Below, piece by piece: positions 1 through 6,609 of a stretch of DNA of 13,610 nt. Numbering within the stretch: the stretch's first letter is position 1; each line of letters begins with the position of its first letter. Location of the stretch: NCBI GenBank assembly GCA_964595665.1, contig CAZQQS010000015.1:1-13610 (forward strand), read 5' to 3'. The DNA comes from an uncultured archaeon (lineage in GTDB: Archaea; Iainarchaeota; Iainarchaeia; Iainarchaeales; 0-14-0-20-30-16). Position numbers and translations under genes: made by a program. The notes under the pieces were generated by a model. The model did no database searches and was not told the DNA's origin. It saw only the letters and a program-made list of their open reading frames with translations.

Positions 1-326
1 AGGTTTTCCTTAAGCAGGGCTATAATATCATTAATATGCCCATCTAAATCCTTACACAAATTTAAGAAATAACCTTTATTGTCTATCTTATTTCTTATAG
101 AAATATATTTTAAAATTAATGTTAAAACTGCACAATAAATCCTAGGCTTTAATATCTTTTTATTACTAAAACCAAATTCATTTTGATTAAAAAAATCTCG
201 AATACTTTTTTGTAAATTAGAACTAAATTTATATGCATAAACCTTAGAATTATTATAGACTACAATAATACCTGAATTCTTAGCTAATAAATCATCGCCA
301 GTTACATCTACATTATAAACATCCAT
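1..326 (-). CDS. hypothetical protein, N-terminal 108 codons only (gene runs off the left window edge)
   Basis: This ORF is absent from the supplied track. My translation of the minus strand from the ATG (complement of 324-326) gives MDVYNVDVTGDDLLAKNSGIIVVYNNSKVYAYKFSSNLQKSIRDFFNQNEFGFSNKKILKPRIYCAVLTLILKYISIRNKIDNKGYFLNLCKDLDGHINDIIALLKENL, with no stop before position 1. A stop-free run of 108 codons is unlikely by chance in DNA this AT-rich. I recognise no family. Confidence 0.5.
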   Translation of the reverse strand, partial: MDVYNVDVTGDDLLAKNSGIIVVYNNSKVYAYKFSSNLQKSIRDFFNQNEFGFSNKKILKPRIYCAVLTLILKYISIRNKIDNKGYFLNLCKDLDGHINDIIALLKEN

Positions 327-413
327 AAGATCTCGCTAAATATATTATAAAAAGAAATATTTAAAAACCCTTTAATAAAAATAGATTTTTATACTTTAAA
401 GCATGTATTTATT

Positions 414-1046
414 ATGGTTATTAAGGCAATTACATTTGATTTGTGGGGAACTATATTAGATAATGAAACTAAATATAATGAATACCACACTAAATTAAGT
501 GATTATATTATTGATAAGCTAGGATTAAAATACTTCCAAAATATGTTTGTAGAAAATATGGATAAGAAACAATTCTTAGATGATGTGAAAATTCTTTTTG
601 GTGAAATTGAATCTAAATATGCTGAAAAATTATTAAATAAACAAATTAAAACTTTTAAAATATATTCTGATGTTAAATACATTTTTGAATTGCAAAAAAA
701 ATACGATATAAAAATTGGAATTATAAGTAATGCATCTTTTAGAACTTTTGAACTTTTAAAGAATTGGAAAGACTTAAAAAAATTTGATTCTATAACAATA
801 TCTTATGAATACGAAACGAAAAAACCAAATAAAGAAATATTTGAGATTAGTGCAAAAAAATTAAAAGTTCCTTTGAAAAACATCATTCATATAGGGGATA
901 ACTTCATAGATGATTTTGATGGCCCTAAAAAACAAAAAATAAATTCTATTTTATTAGACAGAGAAAATTATTATAAAAATGAAAAACAAAAAGTAAATAG
1001 TTTTAAAGAATTAGAAAAATATTTGTTAGAAAACAAATATTTATAA
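414..1046 (+). CDS. HAD-superfamily hydrolase, subfamily IA-like (haloacid dehalogenase / REG-2-like type)
   Basis: ITFDLWGTI is HAD motif I, with the nucleophile Asp present but Asp+2 replaced by Trp, as in the FDxYGTL/FDxxGTL subgroup. IISNAS is motif II, KKPNKEIF supplies the motif III Lys, and HIGDNFIDDFDG is the motif IV acidic loop. A TATA-like TTTTTATAC lies about 24 nt upstream of the ATG. Confidence 0.85.
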   Translation: MVIKAITFDLWGTILDNETKYNEYHTKLSDYIIDKLGLKYFQNMFVENMDKKQFLDDVKILFGEIESKYAEKLLNKQIKTFKIYSDVKYIFELQKKYDIKIGIISNASFRTFELLKNWKDLKKFDSITISYEYETKKPNKEIFEISAKKLKVPLKNIIHIGDNFIDDFDGPKKQKINSILLDRENYYKNEKQKVNSFKELEKYLLENKYL

Positions 1047-1050
1047 AACT

Positions 1051-1057
1051 AAAAAAA
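1051..1057 (-). terminator. oligo-T tract (T7 on the minus strand) just downstream of the surface-protein stop codon
   Basis: The A7 run at 1051-1057 on the plus strand reads as T7 on the minus strand, 7 nt after the TAA (complement of 1065-1067). Archaeal transcription termination commonly uses oligo-T tracts. The signal is weak in such AT-rich DNA. Confidence 0.3.
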
Positions 1058-1064
1058 GGAGGAA

Positions 1065-3158
1065 TTACTTCCAACCTTTATAAGTAGCTGTTTTTACTGG
1101 CTCTTTGTGTTTGAATTTGCCGCCTTTGTATTTTACTTTTGGAGCATTATCAACACCAAAACCTTGCCAATGATGTTTCTCTTCAACCCTAACAACTTTT
1201 TTATGTTTTTTATAAGGATTAAATCTAGGTTCTCTATTTTTTATTATTTTAATAATTAACCAAATAATTAAAGCTAAAATAATTAAACCTAAAATAACCA
1301 TTGCAATATAATACAAAATTGTACCTTTGTCTGAATTATACAAAACTTTAGGAACATTTACAACATCTTTAGTAAATAATAAACCATAAAATTGAGATTG
1401 TTTATCAGAATTTATTTCATAAGGCAAAGTGTATTCCAAAACATATTTGTTTAAATCAGAATTCAAATCAAACATTAAAAATTTGTTTGTATCAGGAATA
1501 TGTTCGTAAAATACAAAATTTAATAAACTTTCATTTGTATCTGGAATTATACTCAAAGTTACATTTGTTGTAAAACTATTATCATCATTCTTTACAACAT
1601 TAAAATCTCTTTCTAAAGCATATTTTGTATAAACTAAATTCTTATAATTTACATCTAAGTTTGTATTTAAGTCATCTGCGAAATTTCTTAAATCTAAATT
1701 TGCTAAACTATTATCTGCATCTTTAGATAAAGTAATTGTTGGCAAAGTTATTGTTTTTGCAGAAACAACCTTAAATGATTCATAAATAGTATTATTTCCT
1801 GTATATACATCACCAGAAATAGTTACTTTTGCTAAAACATCATATTCTCCAATTGTTTCAGGAACAAAATTACAAGTAAATGCTCTTGTTTTATTTACTG
1901 CAATGCTTGTAGAAGAGCTTTCTTTACAACTTTCAATAGTTTCATCATCTTTACTAATTATTATTTCCATAGTATATTTTGCAGATGTTTTTATATCTCC
2001 ATAATTTTGAAATACAAAACTAATTATTGTTTCTTTATCAACAATTAATTGATTTGCTTTTACAGAAATAGCTTCTAAATCAATTTCTGAATCACTATCA
2101 GAGCCAGATCCTCCTGCAGAAGTTGTTGCTTTTGATATTGTTTTATTAGTAGAATAATTATTATTTTCAGCATTAGACTCCAATAAACTATCTACTGGAG
2201 AAACTTTACATTCTAATTTAAAAGATTTATTCGAAGTTACAGAAGGAGCCCAATCAAAAGCATAATCTTTTATTGCTGAAGCATTATGTGCTCCTGAATT
2301 TGATTTCTTAGAACCTACTTGAACACCATCAACATAAAATATAACCTTATATTTATTATTTGTAGAAACATTACCATTATTTTTTACTTTACATGTTGCT
2401 GTAGAAGCAGTTCCAGAAACAGAACTATTTAAAGTAATGCTTGTGGGTTGCAAATCAATATAATTTACTTTAATTGTTTTATCTAAACAATTGTTTTCTA
2501 AATTGAAGTCATATGGATAATTTAAACAAACTTCTAATTTAATATCTCCAACTTGGTTTGCATACCAATTAAAATCATAAAAATAATTTTCATCTAAATT
2601 AACATTCTCGTCAAAAATAAATGTATTTAAGTCAATATTCTTTACTTTAAAAACAAAAGAATAATTATTGTCTAAATTCAAATATCCAACATTAGAATAA
2701 AGAAAATTCAAATCTAAAGTTCCTTGGTAATTCACATTTACATTAGATAAGAAATCTAATGCTTTCAAATCAATTGAATAAATGTAAACACTACTTTGAA
2801 CACATTCTAAAGCATTATTAGAATCTGAATCCAAATAAGAAATACATGCATTAAAATCATTATTACCTAAATTCAAATCAAAATCCCAAACATAAGAAAC
2901 AGTTTTATTCTCATCAACAGTATTTAATAATAATTCATTTATTAAAACTGTATTTACATAGAAATACACGTTATAATCTGAAACATTATAATCTAAAACA
3001 TTATAATCGTAATCCAATACTAACTCTAAATTAGTATCTACCCCATAAACATAAGAGTTTTTATCTAATGACAAATCTAAATTACTAAATGCGCTAGCAA
3101 AACTAAATAAAAATAAACCTAAAAATAATAGACTAAATACCTTGTTAAAATTAAACAT
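1065..3158 (-). CDS. large secreted, membrane-anchored surface protein with about four CARDB-like repeats (putative adhesin / cell-surface protein)
   Basis: The N-terminus MFNFNKVFSLLFLGLFLFSFASAFS is a signal peptide. Repeated modules end in ENN/E-x-N-E-NN-type motifs typical of CARDB domains (KVKNNGNVSTNNKYKVIFYVDG...ESNAENNNYS; FVFQNYGDIKTSAKYTMEII...TGNNTIYESFKV). An SAGGSGSDSDSE linker separates modules. There is one C-terminal TM helix (ILYYIAMVILGLIILALIIWLIIKII) followed by a 58-aa basic tail. The track start at 3173 is a TTG. I prefer the ATG at 3158 because GAAGGGG lies 5-10 nt upstream of it. Confidence 0.75.
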   Translation of the reverse strand: MFNFNKVFSLLFLGLFLFSFASAFSNLDLSLDKNSYVYGVDTNLELVLDYDYNVLDYNVSDYNVYFYVNTVLINELLLNTVDENKTVSYVWDFDLNLGNNDFNACISYLDSDSNNALECVQSSVYIYSIDLKALDFLSNVNVNYQGTLDLNFLYSNVGYLNLDNNYSFVFKVKNIDLNTFIFDENVNLDENYFYDFNWYANQVGDIKLEVCLNYPYDFNLENNCLDKTIKVNYIDLQPTSITLNSSVSGTASTATCKVKNNGNVSTNNKYKVIFYVDGVQVGSKKSNSGAHNASAIKDYAFDWAPSVTSNKSFKLECKVSPVDSLLESNAENNNYSTNKTISKATTSAGGSGSDSDSEIDLEAISVKANQLIVDKETIISFVFQNYGDIKTSAKYTMEIIISKDDETIESCKESSSTSIAVNKTRAFTCNFVPETIGEYDVLAKVTISGDVYTGNNTIYESFKVVSAKTITLPTITLSKDADNSLANLDLRNFADDLNTNLDVNYKNLVYTKYALERDFNVVKNDDNSFTTNVTLSIIPDTNESLLNFVFYEHIPDTNKFLMFDLNSDLNKYVLEYTLPYEINSDKQSQFYGLLFTKDVVNVPKVLYNSDKGTILYYIAMVILGLIILALIIWLIIKIIKNREPRFNPYKKHKKVVRVEEKHHWQGFGVDNAPKVKYKGGKFKHKEPVKTATYKGWK
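2968..3012 (-). repeat. in-frame tandem repeat, 3 x 15 nt, inside the surface-protein gene
   Basis: The plus-strand units are acgttataatctgaa / acattataatctaaa / acattataatcgtaa. They encode DYNV(L/S/Y) three times, within ...DYDYNVLDYNVSDYNVY.... Confidence 0.7.
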
Positions 3159-3305
3159 TACTACCCCTTCCAACTTTTTAATTAAAAAACTAATAGAAAT
3201 ATCTTAAATATATTTAAATACCTATCGAGGAAATGAAGAAAAAAAATAATAAAAAAACACAAAAGATTAAAAAAGGATTATTTCTATATTGTATAAGGTA
3301 TTAAT

Positions 3306-5147
3306 ATGAATTATAAAGAATTAGGCTTAAAAGCAGGCTTGGAATGCCACCAACAATTAAATACAAAAAAACTATTTTGTAATTGTGAATCAAATATTCC
3401 TGAAGACTTAGGTAATTTTGAAATATTTAGAAAATTAAGACCTGTTGCTTCAGAAACTGGAGAATTTGAAAAAAGTGCGCTACAAGAATTTAATAAAGGT
3501 AGAACTTATGTATATAACGCACATAAAGAAAATATTTGTTTAGTAGAATTGGATGAAGAACCCCCAAACGAGTTAAATAAAGAGGCATTAAATACAGCTT
3601 TAGAAGTTGCATTAAAATGTCAAGCAAATATTTTTGATAATGCCTTCATAATGAGAAAAATAGTTATTGATGGTTCTAATACTTCTGGATTTCAAAGAAC
3701 TGCATTAATTGCACAAAATGGATTTTTAGAAGTAAATAAAAAACAAGTTAGAGTTGGAAGTATTTGTTTAGAAGAAGATGCTTGCCAGAATGTAGAAAGC
3801 TCTTCTCATACAATAAAATACGCTTTAGAAAGATTAGGTATACCATTAATAGAATTTACAACTTATCCTGATTTAGAAAGCCCAGAAGAAGTAAAGGAAT
3901 GTGCCAAAAAAATTGGTGAATTATTTAGAATAACTGGAAATGCAAAAAGAGGATTAGGATCAATAAGACAAGATGTTAATGTTTCTATTAAAGAAGGAAA
4001 TAGAGTTGAAATTAAAGGTGTTCAATATTTAGATTTAATTAATCAATATGTTGAAAATGAAATCAAAAGACAAATTGCTTTAATTGAAACTATGAAAATA
4101 TTAAATGAAAAAAAAATAAAAGAAAAACAAAATTTTAAAATTTATGATTTAACTAAAGAAATGCTAGAAATTGAAAATGAAAAAATAAAAGATTCTTTAA
4201 AAACACAAAAAGCATTAGGATTTTTATTAAAAGGTTTTAAAGGAATCTTAGGCAAAGAAACAATGCCTGGAAAAAGAGTTGGCTCCGAAATATCTCAATA
4301 TGTAAAAACAAAAACTAAAGCCAAAGGATTATTCCATACAGATGAATTACCTAAATATGGAATAACACAAAAATTAATGGATCAAATAAATAAAAAATTA
4401 AATGCAGAAAAAGAAGATTTATTTATTATTGTAATAGAAGAGGAAAAAGAAGCCGAAAAGGCATTAAAGGTAGCATATGATAGAACGTTATTATTATTTG
4501 ATGGGGTAATAAAAGAAACTCGAAACCCTTTACAAGATGGCACTACAGAATATTCTAGACCCTTATCTGGAGAACATAGGATGTATCCAGAAACTGATTT
4601 GCCAACAATTAATATTAAAAAAGAACAATTAAAAGAATTAGAAAAGGATTTGCCAATTTGGTATGAAGAAAGAATTGCAAATTATCTGAAATTTGGATTA
4701 AATAAAAGCATATCTGAATATGTTGCAAAAACAAACTATGCTAGAAACTTTTCTAAATTAGTTACAAAATATAATGCATTAAGTTTAGCTGATTTTTTTA
4801 TGGCTTTACCTGAAAAGATAAACTTAGAAAAATATTTGTGGATTTTGGATTCGGAAAAAGAAAACAAATTAACAAGAAAAGATTTTCCTAATGCAATAAT
4901 AGAATTTTCAAAAGGAAAAACAAAAGAGGAAATATTAAACGCATTACAAAAATCTGAATTAGATGAAAATAGCAAAAAAATAATTATTGAAATATTAGAA
5001 AAAAATAAAGATTTTATTAAAAATCATCATAGTCCAATAACTGCTATGATGGGTACAATAATGAAAGCTTTAGCTGAAAATAAAATTAAACCAGATATGA
5101 AACAATTAACTGAATATTTAAATAATGAAATAAAAAAATATAGGTGA
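3306..5147 (+). CDS. gatE: archaeal Glu-tRNA(Gln) amidotransferase subunit E
   Basis: The N-terminus MNYKELGLKAGLECHQQLNTKKLFCNC matches the characteristic GatE/GatB start (GLExHQQL...CxC). At 613 aa it is GatE-sized rather than GatB-sized. It has an internal insertion domain and a helical C-terminal tail. AAGGTA lies about 7 nt upstream of the ATG. Confidence 0.93.
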   Translation: MNYKELGLKAGLECHQQLNTKKLFCNCESNIPEDLGNFEIFRKLRPVASETGEFEKSALQEFNKGRTYVYNAHKENICLVELDEEPPNELNKEALNTALEVALKCQANIFDNAFIMRKIVIDGSNTSGFQRTALIAQNGFLEVNKKQVRVGSICLEEDACQNVESSSHTIKYALERLGIPLIEFTTYPDLESPEEVKECAKKIGELFRITGNAKRGLGSIRQDVNVSIKEGNRVEIKGVQYLDLINQYVENEIKRQIALIETMKILNEKKIKEKQNFKIYDLTKEMLEIENEKIKDSLKTQKALGFLLKGFKGILGKETMPGKRVGSEISQYVKTKTKAKGLFHTDELPKYGITQKLMDQINKKLNAEKEDLFIIVIEEEKEAEKALKVAYDRTLLLFDGVIKETRNPLQDGTTEYSRPLSGEHRMYPETDLPTINIKKEQLKELEKDLPIWYEERIANYLKFGLNKSISEYVAKTNYARNFSKLVTKYNALSLADFFMALPEKINLEKYLWILDSEKENKLTRKDFPNAIIEFSKGKTKEEILNALQKSELDENSKKIIIEILEKNKDFIKNHHSPITAMMGTIMKALAENKIKPDMKQLTEYLNNEIKKYR

Positions 5148-5151
5148 TATT

Positions 5152-5574
5152 ATGACAGAAGAAATAATCTTTACAGCAAATACAAATGACTGGAAAGCAG
5201 TTAAGAAATTTAAAATAGATGAAAAAGTGCCTTCAATAGATGTGGCAAGTTTTTTAGCATCTGTAAGCATAAGCTTTGATACTAAAATATTTCAATATTT
5301 AAAAAAAGCAACAAATACTAAAACCTTAGATGAACATATTGATAATATTACAAAAGGCACATTTAAAACAGAAGAAGATATTGCTAAAGTATTAAAAGCA
5401 ATTAACTCAATGGCTTCTACAAAAGCAATTAATGCTTGTATTTCAGAAACATTGAGTCCGAAAGAAAAAGATTTGTTAAAATCATTTTTAAAAGCATATT
5501 TAACAAAAGCAACATTAGCAAAAATAAACTTTTGTGTTGATTATACTAATTTGCCTTTGAAAATAAATAAATAA
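5152..5574 (+). CDS. hypothetical small, predicted helical protein (140 aa), translationally coupled to gatE
   Basis: The ORF starts 4 nt after the gatE stop. A strong TAGGTGA Shine-Dalgarno motif is embedded in the gatE 3' end, 4-5 nt upstream of the ATG. I recognise no family motif. Confidence 0.6.
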   Translation: MTEEIIFTANTNDWKAVKKFKIDEKVPSIDVASFLASVSISFDTKIFQYLKKATNTKTLDEHIDNITKGTFKTEEDIAKVLKAINSMASTKAINACISETLSPKEKDLLKSFLKAYLTKATLAKINFCVDYTNLPLKINK

Positions 5575-5597
5575 ATATCATTTACCTTAGAAAATGG

Positions 5598-5617
5598 TCG
5601 TTTCTTTAAAGAAACGA
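5598..5617 (+). terminator. perfect 20-bp palindrome TCGTTTCTTTAAAGAAACGA followed by a T-rich run; terminator of the gatE-orf140 unit and/or operator of the downstream wHTH-MNT gene
   Basis: I checked every base pair 5598:5617 through 5607:5608 and all are complementary. As RNA it would form an 8-bp stem with a 4-nt loop. TTTATATTTCTTTCTATTTCT follows it. It sits 24 nt after the orf140 stop and directly upstream of the TATA-like TTTATATT (5618-5625). Confidence 0.4.
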
Positions 5618-5625
5618 TTTATATT
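5618..5625 (+). promoter_or_regulatory. TATA-box-like element placed for a leaderless transcript starting at ATG 5648
   Basis: TTTATATT is centred about 26-27 nt upstream of ATG 5648, the usual archaeal spacing between TATA box and transcription start. AT-rich background makes this weak evidence. Confidence 0.3.
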
Positions 5626-5647
5626 TCTTTCTATTTCTATATTGTAT

Positions 5648-6187
5648 ATGATTTCAGAATTCAATATTTTTAAAGGTCAAGTTGTGTTGAATTACTTTTT
5701 AGACCATCCAAATACTTTAATAAATATTAACGAGCTTGCAAAAAAACTAAAAATAAGTACAAAAACATCTAAAGAATATATTGATATACTCCTAAAAAAG
5801 CATTTACTTTTAGATAAAAGCTTAAAAAATAATAAAATAGTGTGTTTAAACAATAGTGATAAATTAATAAAAACATTAAAGATTGCACGAATGCTATCTC
5901 TAATAAAAGAACTTAATTTAGAAAAAGAAATAAATAATTCTTTTTACATATTTGGTAGTTGCGCAAATGGAACCTATAATGAAAAAAGTGATTTAGACAT
6001 TTTTGTTATAAAACAAAAAGAATATAATAAAGATGAAGTCATATCCTTAGCCAGCAAAATAAGATTAGAAGTTAATATTAAAGATGTACCCTACTACAAA
6101 TTAAATGAATATATTAAAAAAAATAAAGAATTTATCACAGAAGTAAAAAAGGGAATTTATTTTGGAGATGAATCTTATGAATTATAA
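5648..6187 (+). CDS. winged-HTH plus minimal nucleotidyltransferase (MNT) domain protein, antitoxin-type partner of the HEPN gene
   Basis: FGSCANGTYNEKSDLDIFV is the GS...DxD minimal nucleotidyltransferase signature. The N-terminal ININELAKKLKISTKTSKEYIDILLKK looks like an HTH. The track start at 5594 would add a hydrophobic 18-aa extension that encodes the 20-bp palindrome, so I prefer ATG 5648 (M19). Confidence 0.8.
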   Translation: MISEFNIFKGQVVLNYFLDHPNTLININELAKKLKISTKTSKEYIDILLKKHLLLDKSLKNNKIVCLNNSDKLIKTLKIARMLSLIKELNLEKEINNSFYIFGSCANGTYNEKSDLDIFVIKQKEYNKDEVISLASKIRLEVNIKDVPYYKLNEYIKKNKEFITEVKKGIYFGDESYEL

Positions 6188-6596
6188 TGATTGTTTAAGT
6201 GAAGGGCAAATAAAAATTAATCCTGAAACAAAAAACTGGGTTGATAAAGAATTAAATTCTGCAGAAATGTTTTTGCATCAATCAGAACTAATTATTAATA
6301 CAAATGCTTATGAATCTTGTTCTATTGTAGCATATTCTAGCATGTTTCACTCTACAAGATCTTTATTGTATTCTAAAGGATTCTCTGAAAAAGGACATTA
6401 TTGTTTATTCCAATATGTATTACACTTATTTAAAGACAATAAAGAATTAGTTCCCTTATTAAAAATAGCAAATATGTTTAGAAAAACTCGACAAGATATT
6501 GCATATGATAGTCTAAATACTAGCAAAGAAGAAGCTGAAGAAGCAATAAAAACAGCTAAAGAATTATTTACATTAGTTAAAGAAATTCTAAAATAA
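6177..6596 (+). CDS. HEPN domain protein (classical HEPN type), toxin-type partner of the MNT gene
   Basis: The protein appears all-helical. AYSSMFHSTRSLLYSKGFSEKGH and the C-terminal FRKTRQDIAYD...EEAEEAIKTAKE match the classical HEPN layout (A.Y.A...a..ALL...G...sH ... R....Y ... eeA). It overlaps the MNT gene by 11 nt, or 26 nt from the track TTG start. GGAG (6164-6167) lies 9 nt upstream of ATG 6177. Confidence 0.8.
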   Translation: MNYNDCLSEGQIKINPETKNWVDKELNSAEMFLHQSELIINTNAYESCSIVAYSSMFHSTRSLLYSKGFSEKGHYCLFQYVLHLFKDNKELVPLLKIANMFRKTRQDIAYDSLNTSKEEAEEAIKTAKELFTLVKEILK

Positions 6597-6609
6597 TCCA
6601 CTATTAGAC

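Noticed and set aside
3279-3295. An identical 17-mer, TATTTCTATATTGTATA, occurs upstream of gatE (3279-3295) and at the start of the MNT gene (5632-5648). It could be a shared promoter or operator.
   Set aside because: A rough estimate for this AT-biased composition (per-base match probability about 0.34, about 9e7 same-strand position pairs) predicts on the order of one chance 17-mer match in the window. The two copies also sit at different distances from their start codons (11 nt upstream versus overlapping the ATG). This is not enough to call a motif. It would be worth rechecking only if the 17-mer recurs genome-wide.
3174-3305. The A-rich 132-bp divergent intergenic region (GAAATGAAGAAAAAAAATAATAAAAAAACACAAAAGATTAAAAAAGG) could encode a small RNA or a riboswitch.
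   Set aside because: It is low-complexity poly-A with no evident stem-forming complementarity. It is most simply a shared promoter region for the surface-protein gene and gatE.
4080-4220. The Lys/Glu-rich low-complexity stretch inside gatE (MKILNEKKIKEKQNFKIYDLTKEMLEIENEKIKDSLK) could be an inserted element.
   Set aside because: It falls where GatE proteins carry their lineage-variable insertion and linker region. The reading frame is continuous, and the composition matches the rest of this AT-rich proteome.
4736-4975. The track lists antisense or embedded ORFs: 4736-4975(-), 6398-6601(-), 6689-6934(+), 9699-9995(-), 10167-10403(+) and 13328-13558(+).
   Set aside because: Each lies entirely or almost entirely inside a longer ORF with clear family motifs on the opposite strand. 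Their products are low-complexity and Phe/Ile/Leu/Ser-rich, as expected from the antisense of Lys/Glu/Asn-rich coding DNA. None has a Shine-Dalgarno-like motif. I treat them as spurious.
5594-5647. The hydrophobic N-terminal extension MVVSLKKRFIFLSISILY on the MNT protein looks like a signal peptide or TM segment.
   Set aside because: It arises only if the ORF is started at 5594. That stretch encodes the 20-bp palindrome and the TATA-like box. A cytoplasmic wHTH-MNT protein is not expected to be secreted. It is more likely non-coding.
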